Shown here in pieces: positions 34,922 to 48,667 of a stretch of DNA of 64,000 nt. The position numbers and the translations under genes are program-made. The DNA lies in assembly GCA_951406725.2 (NCBI GenBank), contig OX597831.1, positions 5,518,001 to 5,582,000 of the forward strand. Reading direction: 5' to 3'. The first letter of the stretch is position 1. Each line of letters begins with the position of its first letter. The notes under the pieces were generated by a model. It did no database searches, had not been told where the DNA came from, and saw nothing but the letters and a program-made list of their open reading frames with translations. Source of the stretch: Octopus vulgaris. Taxonomy: Eukaryota.

Positions 34922-36285
34922 TATGAGGATCAGCTGAAAAGATCATAGGCTGACCAAGATTCTCTAATGGAATGTGACAAAATGAGGTTTATTTTTCAAC
35001 ATGGTCCCCCTTGCAACCCCCACACTTCTTCCGTTGGTGTTGGTGTTTCTGTGCTCGGACCCCATTGATGAAGAAAGCTTTCATTCCGTTGGTCACAAAA
35101 GTCATTAACAGTAGATAATGACATCATCATTGCTATGAGTTATGATCGATATGATAACCCTATTCGATACCAGAGTTTTTAAAAAAAGGGTAACGGATAT
35201 AGTAGAGTACTTGAAGAATGCAATTATCAAAGATGCAATCTGTTATTATTGGAGTCTTGAAAGGCAGCGAGTTGGCAGAATCGTTGCCGCGCCAGGCAAA
35301 GTGCTTAGCGGTATTTCGTCAGTTAAGGCGGCGAGCTGGCAGAATCTTTTGCACGCCGGGCGAAATGCTGAGCGGTATTTCGTCTGCGTTACGTTGTGAG
35401 TTCAAATTCCGTCGAGGTCGACTTTGCCTTTCATCCTTTCGGGTCAATAAATTAAGTACCAGTTACGCACTGGGGTCGATGTAATCGACTTAATACCTAT
35501 GTCTGTCTTTGTTTAGCCCCTTGTGGGTAATAAAGAAATAGGTATTTCGTCAGTTATCACGTCCTGAGTTCAAATGTCACCGGGATCGACTTTGCCTTTC
35601 ATCCTTTCGGGCTCGATGAAATAGGGACCAGTTTAGTACTGTGGGTCGACGTAATCGACTGATCACCTCCCTCAAAATGTCAGGCCTTCTTCTTTTAGTA
35701 GAAAGAATCATTACCGCGCCGGGCGAAATGCTTAGCGGTATTTCGTCTGCGGCTACGTTCTGAGTTCAAATTCCGCCGAGGTCAACTTTGCCTTTCATCC
35801 TTTCGGGGTCGATAAATTAAGTACCAGTTACGCACTGGGGTCGATGTAATCGACTTAATACCTATGTCTGTCCTTGTTTGTCCCCTCTGTGTTTAGCCCC
35901 TTGTGGGTAATAAAGAAATAGGTATTTCGTCTGTGGCTACGTTCTGAGTTCAAATTCTGCCGAGGTCAACTTTGCCTTTCATCCTTTCGGGGGTCGATAA
36001 ATTAAGTCCCCATTGCGTTCTGGGATCCATCTAATCGACTGACCCCCACCTTCCTCCAAAGTTTCGGGCCTTGTGCCTAGAGCAGGAAAGAAAATACTGG
36101 TTCCCAGCCAAGTGGGTTTTCATGATGGGGAACAGATGATAGTCAGATGGGGTCAAATCAGGAGAATAGGGACAGTGGTCAAACGAGTTCAAAACCACAG
36201 GAGCCACAGTCACACCACAGGAGCCATTGAAACTAAAGATCTGTCAATGTACTGGAATATTGTCCTGATGAAACAAGACCATTGG
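34922..36285 (-). mobile_element. Decayed mariner transposon 3' part, interrupted by a SINE cluster
   Basis: Minus-strand PYSPDLTPSDYHLF (about 36125-36175) is the mariner YSPDLAPxD motif; C-terminal KKC..CKGDHVEK* near 34990-35030. Confidence 0.8.
35260..36090 (+). mobile_element. Cluster of four young MetaSINE-like SINE units (nested/tandem)
   Basis: Repeated GAGTTCAAATTCCGCCGAGGTCRACTTTGCCTTTCATCCTTTCGGGGTCGATAAATTAAGT; CpG-rich. Confidence 0.88.
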
Positions 36286-37619
36286 ATAGGCAGGTGGCAG
36301 GTGGGGTGGGGGAGATGAGAGTAGTGTTGATAAAAAAAGTTGGGTTGATGATATATCACCCCCCCCAGCCACCAATAATTTTGGATAATTTAGTCAGAGA
36401 AAAAAACAACACTATTACTACAACAGACCATGGTGATGATGATGATGATGATAATGATGCTGATATAAAGTGAGGAGAAACAATGTCATCAGGTCAGCAG
36501 ACATTGGAGATTCAAGTGAAACAAGGAAGGTGTGTCAAATATATATATACATATGTATGTGTGTGTATGTGTGTATATATATATACGTATGTGTGTGTGT
36601 GTAGGTGTGTGTTTGTGTGTGTAGGTGTGTATGTGTGTGTGTTTAGGTATGTGTGTGTATGTGTAGTGTGTGTGTGTATGTGTGTGTGTGTAGGTAAGTA
36701 TGTATATATGTATGCATGTATGTGTGTGTGTGTGTGTAGTTAAGTATGTATATATGTATGCATGTGTGTGTGTGTGGGTAACTATGTATGTATGTATATA
36801 TGTGTGTGTAGGTAACTTTGTATATACATGTGTGTGTAGATAAGTATGTATGTATATGTGTGTGCGTGTGTATGTAAGTATCTATATGTGTGTGTAGGTA
36901 AGTATATATGTATGTATGTAGGTAACTTTGTATATACATGTGTGTGTAGGTAAGTATATATATGTATGTGTGTAGATAAGTATGTATGTATATATAATGT
37001 GTGTAAGTATGTGTGTGTGTATGTGTAACCCTTCCTCTTCCTTACTCTCTCACTGTCACCATAATTTTTCTTTAATTTGGTTTGTTTTTGAGACAATGAT
37101 AACCATCACCATCACAACCACCACCATCATCATCATCATCATCATCATCACCACTACAACCATCGCAACCATTCATTTGTTTGTTTTTTTTTGTATATTT
37201 TGTTCTCTCTAAGGTGGGAAGTAATAATTCTGTTTTATTTGTGGTTATTAAGTTATTTAGATAACGAGGCCTAATTAGAGGGGAGGGACAGGTGAGTGGA
37301 GTGGAGTGGAGTGTGGCGTGTGTGTGAGTGGAGTGTAGCCCTCCCAGACCATCAAACAGGAGAGAGTGGGGGTAGGAGGAAGAGCATGAGTGATATGTGT
37401 GTATGTGTGTATGTATGTATGTATGTGTGCTTGTGCAAGTGTGAGTGTGTGTTTGTGTGTGTGTGTTTGCACATGTGTGTGTTTGTGTGTGAGTGTTTGT
37501 ATGTGTGTATCTAATTGGTGAAAAGCCATTCACTACCCCCCCCCCCAATTTTATCTTATTTTTGTACAGAGGAGGGGTAAAGAGAGAGAGAGGGAGATGG
37601 ACAAATTAACTCTGATCAT

Positions 37620-38097
37620 CTGTGGTGGTCATGGTCGGTGGTCAGTCGTGTAGTGCTAGCACAGTGGTGATGTAAGTGGAACAACTGTGGTAGCAGTGGT
37701 GGTGGTAGTAGCATAGAGCAGTTGTGGTGGTGGTAGAGTGAAGTGATGGTTGCAGTGGTGGTGATGGTTGCAGTGGTATAGGGTAGTGTAGTAGAGATGG
37801 TAGTAGTGGAGATGGAACAGTATATAGTGGTGTTGACACAGTGTGATGATGAAACAGAGTAGTGGTATAGGTACAGTGTGGTGGTGGTGGTGGTGATGTA
37901 GTGTAATGGCAGTAGTATAGAGCAGCAGAAAGGATAGTGATGATATAGGGTGGTGGTGATGGTGTAGGGCACTGGTGATGGAATAGGATGATGGTGGGGG
38001 TGGTGGAATAGGGTGGCGATGATGATGGTGGTGGAATAGGGTGGTGGTGATGGTGGAATAAGATGATGGTGGTGGTGGTGGAGGAATGTGGTGGTGG

Positions 38098-38129
<32 letters not shown>

Positions 38130-38620
38130 ATGGTGCAATAGGGTGATGGTGGTATAGGATACTAGTGATGGTGGTGGTGGTAAAATAGGGTACTGGTGGT
38201 AGTGGTGGTGGAATAAGGTACTTGTGATGGTGGTGGTGGTGATGGAATAGGGAACTAGTGATGATGGTGGAATTTGGTGGTGGTGGTAGTATAAGGTACT
38301 AGTTATGATGGTGGAATAGGGTAGGGTGGTGGTGGTATAAGGTACTAGTGATGATGGTGGTGGTGGTGAAATAGGGTAGGTGGTGGGTGGTGAAATAGGG
38401 TGATGGTGGTAGTGTAGGGCAGTGGTATAGGATAGTGGTGGTACAGGGTACTGACGATGGTGGTGGTGAAACAGTGTGGTGATGGTACAGTATAGTGTAG
38501 ATGTAGTGTAATAGCAGTGGTATAAGTAATTGTGGTGGGGACAGAGTTGATGCTGTAGTACAACAGTAGCATCAAAGTATTGGTGGTAGCGGGGCAGTGT
38601 AGGTGTGGTGTTGGCATAGG
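37620..38620. repeat. G/T-rich degenerate (GGT/GAT)n low-complexity array with GGAATAGG/GGTACTAG units
   Basis: Direct inspection; source of the His/Thr/Pro-rich spurious ORFs. Confidence 0.85.
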
Positions 38621-38953
38621 AGATTTCAGGGAGAGAGCAGGGGATGGCACAGAAAATGAGACACCCTCTGCCAGCCACATCTAAGGGTACCACTTCCTAC
38701 TCCCCACCCCTGCCATTGTAGCTGTGGTGGGGGGGGGGGAGTGCCGGAGTGGCTCCTTGGGGACATTCTGTGTAAAACAGATAAAAATGGTGACCCTAAA
38801 CAAGCTTTGATGCTTCAACAACCAGGAATATTTCTGTCTCTCAACATTATTTTTGGCTTTTGAGATGTTTTTTTTGGTCTTTTGTTGCTGGGCATACGTG
38901 TGTGTGTGTGTGTGTATGTGTGTGTGTGTGTATCAGTATATATAAATACACAT

Positions 38954-38986
<33 letters not shown>

Positions 38987-39481
38987 AAACAGTGACATAG
39001 ACAGAAAGAAACCCTGTCTCTTTGTGGTCTATATTCAAAATATGTATGCTTATATATATATATATATATATATATCATCATTATTATTATGAGACACACA
39101 CACACACACATTCATATTCATTTAATAGCACACACTCACAAATGTACATCACATATGTATGTGGCTTATGAATATCTATAAATGAATGTATATATAAAAT
39201 ACATATATATACATCATACATACATACATATATATATCATACATATATATATATATATAACATACATATATATCATATATACCATATATACATATACATA
39301 TATATCATATATACATATATATCATATATACATATACATATATATCATATATACATATATATCATATATACATATACATATATATCATATATACATCATA
39401 TATACATATATATATATAAATATATATATATCATACATACATACATACATCATAAATACATATATATGCAAATATATTTGT

Positions 39482-39512
<31 letters not shown>

Positions 39513-40070
39513 CACATATATGCAAATATATTTGTATATATAAATGCATATATCATATATCACATGATATACATTTGTAATCATGTGTGTGAGAATGGCT
39601 ACATATATGCAAAAACACACATGCACACACACACACATACGCACACACACACGCACGCGTGCGCTCATAAAGATACACACAAAAGCGTTTCTGTGTGTGT
39701 GTCGATGTATGTATATATATATATGTGTGTGTGTGTGTGTAGGTGTTTATATATGCAGCTCAAGTGAACTATAAAAGCTATAATACCTATCATTATAGAG
39801 TAGGGGTCATTAAGATAATGAAGCAGTCGGTATTCACCATAAAGGGACAGTGACAACGTAGGATGTTGGCTCTAATTACATACTGTCTGCGATGGGGTCT
39901 GTTGTAGCGCTGATGTTTTTTTTTTCTTTTTTGTAGGGGTTTTTTGTCAGTTTTGGGTGGAGGAGGGGTACATCAGACAGTTGTGTGTGTGTATGTGTTC
40001 TCTCATGCATATATAAGCATATACACTGACATATAGATACATTATATATATATGTGTATGTATATATGTA

Positions 40071-40124
<54 letters not shown>

Positions 40125-40465
40125 AACGCACATAAACTGTGTAGTGTGTACATGCACGCATGACAGCACATATATAAATAATATACAAAATAGGAGCTAA
40201 TGAGGGGGTCTCTATGTGGTCATTCAACCTGCAAAAATAGCAGGCAAATTCCCTGAAATCACATTAAAAAATAACGAAAAATCGGAAAAAAAAAAATCCC
40301 AGGATGATCATAGGTGGAACATATTTGATCACGTATTTACTTTGTCAGGGCAGACCTGTGGCTAAACAACAACATATATACACACATGTACACATAAATA
40401 TACATGCATTAACATACATTTATTATACACACTCAGAATGATACAGTCAATTCTCTCTATATAAC

Positions 40466-40497
<32 letters not shown>

Positions 40498-40823
40498 CAT
40501 ATAATTGCTAATGTGAATATACAGAGAAACACAATGATATATATGCTATATGCATGTGCGTATGCAGGTCTGTGTGTATATGCATGTACGAGTACATATA
40601 TATGTGAGTGCATATGTATATATATATGAATGTTTACATATATGTGTATACACATGAGTGTATGCCTATATACCACTTCTGCGTGTGTGTGTGTATATGT
40701 GTGTGTATATGCATGTATGTATGTGTGTGTGTATATATATATATATGTTTGTGTATATGCATGTGTATGTGTGTGTGCATATATATCTATATATATATAT
40801 ATATATATATATTTGTGTATGTA

Positions 40824-40854
<31 letters not shown>

Positions 40855-41225
40855 GTGTGTGCTTGTGTATATGTGTGTGTATGGTTGTATTATATCCAGA
40901 TGTTGAGCCGAGCAAAGATGGTGAGGCAGTGAATGATTCTACCATGGAACCATGGAGTGTTTGTTGTTGGACCCCAATGAGGCCCCTTTTTACTCTGAGT
41001 ACCACCCAATGTGATCTGCTACAAGATTCCGAAAATCACAGAGATCTCCTGTGGACAGTCAATGGCCCTCGACTGCCTTGTCCATTTCCAGTGCCAACAG
41101 TTGGAACAGTGTTAAGCCCTAGCTCTGAGCTTCTATGGGCAAAGACCTTCCAGCTGTGATGGCCATTATTTATTGGTTCCTATAATTTCTAAAATAACAA
41201 CATGCAGAAGAGATCAGCTTTTTAA

Positions 41226-41448
41226 CCCTTTCGTTACCAGCCCGGCTGAAACCGGCTCTGGATCTGTAATACAAATGTCTTGTTTTCAAAAGTTTTGAAT
41301 TAAAATCTTCCACCAAACCTAAGTCATAATTAACATTCCTAACAATAGCTTAATGATAACGAAGTTATTTTATTAAATTCATTGTTATATCTAAAATAAT
41401 TGGGAGAAACACAGAGCATCTCAACAGATAAGTACAGTAACGAAAGGG
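41226..41448 (+). mobile_element. piggyBac-like MITE, same family as 10998-11435
   Basis: TTAA|CCCTTTCGTTAC...GTAACGAAAGGG|TTAA. Confidence 0.9.
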
Positions 41449-41938
41449 TTAAAGGATCTTTGTATCACTTTAAATGGTCTTTGCCAGCTTTAGGTTACAG
41501 GGTTTTTGAGGAATAAATTGAATTTTCTTCAATACACACACACACACACACACACACTATGTATAAACACGTGCATACACAAACACACAGAAAACATGAG
41601 CAAAAACAGCACACAAACACATACACACACAAACATACATGACACAGAATACACAAGCATATATAACACACACACATGACACAGAATACACACAGCACAC
41701 AAGCATATATATAACACACACACACACACACACACACACATGACACAGAATACACACACAGCACACAAGCATATAACACACACACGTGCACACAGAGACA
41801 CACACACGTGCACACACAATACTCCCTTACAAAATTTATCAGATAAAAATTCAGTCATTGTAAGTTTGAAGCTGCTCCAACAATCATTCATCAGCAGGCG
41901 AAGCTTCGTAGTCCCAGTCTTTCTGTATTGCTATCATG

Positions 41939-42455
41939 TCTATATATATAAAACTGTAGTTGTGTGAGTGTCTGTCCCCTTCCATTTAGATTCCTAACTA
42001 CTCCCACATTTTGCGGTGCAGTTTAACCAAATTCGGGTATCTTATAGTCGTGATTCATATCGAGCCCGTCTGGGTATTAGCGCGCGTCTACGATGAGTCT
42101 ACGATTTTAAAAATAATTTAACATCATTTTTTATTCCATTTTAATGCATAATTTTTCGTGTGTCGATGGCGGCGGAGTTGGCGTCCACGCTCAAACACCT
42201 GCACCTGTGTTTGCTTCTTCCCCTTTTTCCCTCCCTCGTGAAGCTGTGGGGAAGGGAGTGTAAGGAAATCAACGTCGTAAAGCGTTGTCAAGGAGACCAG
42301 CGTTCTTTTAGAACAACGACTTCATGGCTTGAAGACACCAAAACAGAAATGGCTAAGAAAGCCCGAATTGGCATCTATAAGGGAAGTAACTCTCTAAAAA
42401 TGCTTATATAGTTATTTCCCTTACAAACCCGAGCAACGCCAGGCGATACTGCTAG
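41939..42455 (+). mobile_element. Non-autonomous Helitron
   Basis: 5' TCTATATATATAAAA; 3' GC-rich hairpin-like CCCGAGCAACGCCAGG, then CTAG followed by T; CpG-rich body. Confidence 0.75.
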
Positions 42456-42770
42456 TTATTTATATTTTATTCCAGTGACTCATAAATAGTGCATAGTAGT
42501 GCACTGGTGCACAATAGTGCATTGGTGTTTTCAAATGTTTAAGACTTTATTGGTGTATTTGCACAACTGCTGTAAGCTGTGATGTCCTTAAGTATTTGCA
42601 TAAATGTGGTCTGTTGAGGTGAGAGAATTTCAGGTACTTGCATAAATATGACAGGATGTAATGGGACAGCTCTGAGTATTTCTATGCAACATGATGGCTG
42701 TAGATACTACAACATTGTAAACAAGACAAACGTTTTATTAAGAGAAGGCTAGGTGTGAATATATACACAA

Positions 42771-43418
42771 ACAAGAGCACTCAGAGAGTGCAAACCTCCG
42801 CCAAGGCCATATCAGCGACCTCTCAATGATTAGCCAGCAATGATTTTTAAAATGAGACCGCCTCAACTGGCTTCCGTGCCGGTGGCACATAAAATACACC
42901 AATCCGACCGTGGCCGTTGCCAGCCTCGCCTGGCACCTGTGCAGGTGGCACGTAAAAAGCACCCACTACACTCACAGAGTGGTTGGCGTTAGGAAGGGCA
43001 TCCAGCTGTAGAAACATTGCCAGATAAGACTGGAGCCTGGTGCAGCCTTCTGGCTTCCCAGATTCCCGGTCGAACCGTCCAACCCATGCTAGCATGGAGA
43101 ACGGATGTTAAACGATGATGATGATGATGATGATGAATATCTGAAATAAACTCGACTGCTTTCACAAATGAAAATACTAAAAATGAACCGACTGCTCTCA
43201 AAAATTAAGGAACAAAACAGGAAAAGTAGTCCAGAATCCTTGTCCGGTACCAGATCAATCCCCAAATCTATTCAGTTTGTGCCAGTCACAAGGCCAAACA
43301 TTCCTGAAAGTTTCATCTGAATCCACTCAGCGGTTCCTGAGATATCTAATCCATGGACAAACAAACAAACAAACACAACTGAAAACAATACCTCTGCCTT
43401 TGCTGAGACGGAGGTAAT
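42771..43418. mobile_element. HINE-like element with a family C SINE inserted at about 42858-43135
   Basis: Collinear with 5033-5385 on both sides of the insert; subterminal ACCTCCGCC and terminal hairpin TACCTCTGCCTT...GAGACGGAGGTA. Confidence 0.7.
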
Positions 43419-43771
43419 TATCAAATCCTCAGTGATAACAAATCTAGGATGTAGGGATTGATTTAACTGTATTTGCTCAGCCATTAATTATCTGGAAGAT
43501 GAGAGACCATCAAAACTTGTTGAAGCCTTTTCCCTGATTTGCTTGGTGAGAGCCAAAATGTATCCTGCTTAAGAGTGTTTAGAGCCCTACCCTGGTCTGG
43601 ACTGAGATGAAAGGTGAGACAGGTGTTCTCTGAGGTGGTCCCAAAATCTCTGCTCTTAGATCTTGCCAGGCACTGCTCATCATTTGAAAAAAGAACATGA
43701 ATCTCAAGACCATTCGAAATGATGTTCCCAACATCGCATCAAGCTAACCAGTCGATGTTTAAGTTGTCCAT

Positions 43772-44182
43772 GGTGCAGGAGTGGCTGTGTGGTAAGTAGC
43801 TTGCTTACCAACCGCATGGTTCCAGGTTCAGTCCCACTGCGTGGCACCTTGGTCGGGTGTCTTTTACTAAAGCCTCAATCCGACCAAAGCCTTCTGGGTG
43901 GATTTGGTAGACGGAAACTGAAAGAAGCCCGTCGTATATATGTATATATACGTATGTGTGTGTACGTTTGTGTGTCTGTGTTTGTCCCCCCAACATCACT
44001 TGATAACTGATGCTGGTGTGTTTATGTCCCAGTAACTTAGCGGTTCGGCAAAAGAGACCAATAGAATAAGTACTAGGCTTACAAAGAATAAGTCCTGGGG
44101 GCGATTTGCTTGACTAAAGGCGGAGCACCAGCATGGCCACAGTCACATGACTGAAACAAGTAAAAGAGAGAGAGAGAGAGAG
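43772..44182 (+). mobile_element. SINE family A, full-length copy
   Basis: Matches 2285-2733. Confidence 0.88.
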
Positions 44183-44337
44183 TATGTGAAAATAGTGTGG
44201 TCTGTTCATGACAGCAAACTGGTACTTTCACAGTTGGGGGTTCCGATCCCTACAATACCATATGTTTCGGTGAGACAGTTCTAGATATTTGCATATACGC
44301 CATAGAATGAGGTGGGATAGCTCCGGGTAGCTGGCAG

Positions 44338-44575
44338 AAAGGCGGCGAGCTGGCAGAATCGGTAGCACGCTGGGCGAAATGCTCAGTGGTATTTCGTCTG
44401 CCGTTACGTTGAGTTCAAATTCCGCCAAGGTCGACTTCGCCTTTTATCCTTTCGGGGTCGATAAATTAAGTACCAGTTACGCACTGGGGTCGATATAATC
44501 AACTTAATCCCTTTGTCTGTCCTTGTTTGTCCCCTCTGTGTTTAGCTCCTTGTGGGTAGTAAAAAAATAGGTATT
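44338..44575 (+). mobile_element. MetaSINE-like SINE (family B), young full-length copy
   Basis: AAGGCGGCGAGCTGGCAGAATCG ... CCTTGTGGGTAGTAAAAAAATAGGTATT. Confidence 0.88.
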
Positions 44576-46113
44576 TGCATAGATCCCATACTAAAAGTTT
44601 CGAATATTGTCAGCCTTCCAAATCTCCTTCCAGGCTAATACTTCAACCGTATACTACTAATCTCATGCTAAGTGGTTTAACCCTTTAGGATTATCTTTAC
44701 TCTGTCAAATGTAATGCTAATTTATTCACTTTGTCTTGAATTAACCCAGCATCATCATCATCACATTGCTTCACGATTTCAATGATGCAATTGTTTATCT
44801 TTAGAATGACATTGTCAGGTAGGTGTGAGGGACCAGATCAGGCCAGTGTGAACACAAAACAGGTAAAATGTTTCACCTGGATATGGCCAGTTCAATGCTA
44901 AAAGGCTGCTCAATTCTACATGTTTTACCCGGTTTCAGTTATTTCACCGTGGCCATGCTGGAGCACCACTTTGAAGGATTTTCATTTAACAAATCAACCT
45001 CAGTACTTATATTTTCTTTAACTCATTCTGACGCTCATTCTATCGGTCTCTTTTGCCAAACCAATAACTTACAGGGACATAAACACACCAACAACGGTTG
45101 TCAAGTGATGATGGAGGGGGGAACACACACACACACACGTATGTATGATGGTCTTCTTTCAGATTCTGTCGACCAAATCCACTTACAAGGCTATGGTCAG
45201 CCTGAGGCTATGGTAGACGACACTTGCCCAAGGTGCCACGTGGTGGGACTGAACCCAGAATCATTTGGTTGAGAAGCAGACTTCTTACCACACAGCCATG
45301 CCTCTGCATTCTTATATTCTTTTATTTGTTTCAGTGATAGGACTGCGGCCATGCTGGAGCACTGCCTTTAAGTTGAACAAATCAACTTCAGGACTTATTC
45401 TTTGTAAATATAGTACTTATTCTATCGGTCTCTTTTGCTGAACTGCTGAGTTATGTAAACACACCAGCATCGGTTGTCAAGTGATGGTAGGAAGACAAAC
45501 ACGGACACACACACAAAGATATACATGCATATATATATATATATATATATATACACGACAAAAGGGAACGCGAAACTCCGAGTAACAGCTTTCGTTATAT
45601 ATACACATATACATACACACAAACAGGTGCCTTTTTATATATGTATTTATTTGTGTGTGTGTGTATATATATATATATAATATTCATGTCCATGTGTGTG
45701 TGTACATATATCCTTCATCTATTACCTTTTATCTGTTTCAGTCATTAGACTGTGGCCATGCTGGAGCACTGTCTAGAAGAATTTTTGATCAAATGAATCA
45801 ACACCAGTACATATTTTCTTTTAAGCCAGGTACTTATTCTATCAATCCTTTTTGCTGAAGTGCTAAGTTACATGGACATAAACACATCATAGTCAAACTA
45901 GTGGGGGACAAACACAAACACATATATATATATATATATAAACATACACACAACAGACTTCTTCCAGTTTCTCTCTACCAAATCCACTCACAAGGCTTTG
46001 GCAGGCTTGAGTGTACGGGAGAAGACACTTGCCCAAGGTATTACACAGTGGGACTGAACCCAGTACCATGCGGTTGGGAAGCAAGATTCTTACCACACAA
46101 CTATTCTTGAGCC

Positions 46114-46169
<56 letters not shown>

Positions 46170-46254
46170 AAATTTACAGAAAGACAAAAGATGAAGACAG
46201 GTGTATAAACAACAAACAGGTGTATTAGTTTAACGCTTGGGAAGGTGAGAAAGT

Positions 46255-46290
46255 CTTTTACATTTCAAGCCTACGCTCTTCAACAGAAAG
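46255..46290 (-). ncRNA. Degenerate minimal hammerhead motif (A6U) in a Penelope-like repeat fragment (about 46165-46325)
   Basis: CTTT-CTGTTGA-A-GAGC GTAG GCTT-GAAA-TG-TA-AAAG. Confidence 0.5.
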
Positions 46291-46683
46291 GAACACAAGG
46301 AAATAAATAGAAAGAGAATAAAAACACTTTAGGAGCTAGTGGGTCAGACACCCTTTGGTCATGACTGGCCATGGGATAGCACCTAGAAAGTTACCCTCCG
46401 AGGCACAAGTTCAGGTAAGTTTGTTTATGAAAGACCAGTAGTTGCCCCTGCATACCAGCCTCCTCTCTCCACCCCACCGATGTTATCCAAGGGAAAGGCA
46501 AGAGGCCAGTGCAGCTTTGACACCAGTGACATTCCAACTCATTTCTACAGATGAATGAAGAGGAGCAATGGTGAAATAAAGTGTCTTGCTCAAGAACACA
46601 ACACGCAGCCCAGTCTGGGAATCGAACTCACTATTTAAAGATTGAGAACCCAACACTCTAACCACTGAGCTATATGTCTTCAT

Positions 46684-46735
<52 letters not shown>

Positions 46736-47083
46736 AGTGTATGTATATTCGTGAGTGTGTGTGTGTATATATCACCGTGATCACCGTGAACGACCAGGCT
46801 ATCAGATGTTGCTACACATCGCTGGTCACAATGCGCTTCGCTTTGTTTTTAGCCTTCAAATGACACCACCCCGCTGGCTAAGCGAGCAGGCCAACAGAAG
46901 AAAGAGTGAGAGAAAGTTGTAGCGAAAGAGTACAGCAGGGATTTCCACCACCCCCTGCTGGAGCCTTGTGGAGCTTTTAGGTGTTTTCGCTCAATAAACA
47001 CTCACAACGCCTGATCTGGGAATCGAAACCGCGATCCTACGACCGTGAGTCCACTGCCCTAACCACTGGGCCATTGCGCCTCC

Positions 47084-47117
<34 letters not shown>

Positions 47118-48623
47118 GTACACACACACACATCATTTCTACTTTTGCTTAGAACCCCATCACTACCATTTATACTAGAATCATCACAATGACCACAACC
47201 ACCACCTACACTACCACCCACACCACTGCCACCATAAATGACCACCACCAACAACAAAGATTATTATATTACGACGACGATTCGCAACCAAAAATTAATA
47301 TAAGCAATAAAGACAGTCAAAAAGAAGATAGAAAAAAACACACACATCATAAACAATATATGAAGAAGAAAAGAAAGAAAGAAAGAAAAACTATATAAGC
47401 AATAACAACAACAACAATATGAACAAAGGGAAAATGAATGACCACCTCAACAACAACAAAGAATATAAAAAAATATAAAGTATAAATATTAAAAAAAAAA
47501 AAGGGGAAGTAAACAATAATGAATAAAGAGCGGAAAGTTTGTGAGTGTCCAAAAGATGGTGTGGAACAAAGGGAGAGTCTTGGGTGAATGGTCCAGCCGC
47601 CAGCCAGCCACCCCACCGTTTAGTGGACAGAGCACTGTCCATAGCTTTCAACATCTTTCAATGACTTTTAGATACAACAGAGCTTATAAATAGCTGAACA
47701 ATATCACAAACACACACACGTATACGCACACACACACGGATGCATATGTGTGTGTGTGTGTGTGTGTGTGCATACACACACACACACACACACACACATG
47801 AGCACATGCACGCACGCACCGGCAGAATTAATCCTCTTCACAGAAACATGATTGATTGGTTTTGGTATAGAACCGACTCAATGATGGAGAAAATGGGTGC
47901 TTCCACGTGCGTGTGTCAGTGTGTCCACCCCACCCCCGTTTCGTATAAGCATTTGTGTGTGTGTGTGTGTGTGTGTGTGTCTGGCTTCGTCTTTATGTAT
48001 TAATCTACGGCCATGAACACGGTATATAAACACAAATAGGAAAGCCTTTTTACTTGTATACAAACCCGTGCATAACGATATATGCATTCAGGAATACATA
48101 AACACACACACCTAACATACATACATGCACACATACATACATACATACATGTGTGTGTGTGCATGCATGCATATACATAAATAAAAAAACTTATTCGCGA
48201 TGGAGTGTGTGTGTCTGTATGTGTGCGTGTATATAAAAATATATATATATACTTTCATTGTATACATATGAATATAACCATTATATATGTATTAAATGTA
48301 TGTATATTAAAAATGAAGATGCCCGCATGCATATATATTACATGCATGCATAAATATGAGCATATATATATATATACACACATACACACACTTATTAATA
48401 ATATTTATGTATAATAATACGTATTTATTATTAATATATGTATATTAAAAAACTACACCGATGCATGAATATATACACTGCAAAATGATGATACATACAT
48501 AGACATGTATACACATATATTAATATACACACACACACACATATATATATATAATAAATTAATAAATAAAACATATGCATATATACATACATATATGTAC
48601 GTACCTACCTCTACATGTATATA

Positions 48624-48667
<44 letters not shown>

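Noticed and set aside
37656-38693. 345-aa His/Thr/Pro-rich ORF
   Set aside because: Translation of a degenerate (GGT/GAT)n array.
42550-44580. Several ATTTGCAT octamer-like sites
   Set aside because: Few and dispersed, one overlaps a SINE end, and they are expected by chance in AT-rich DNA.
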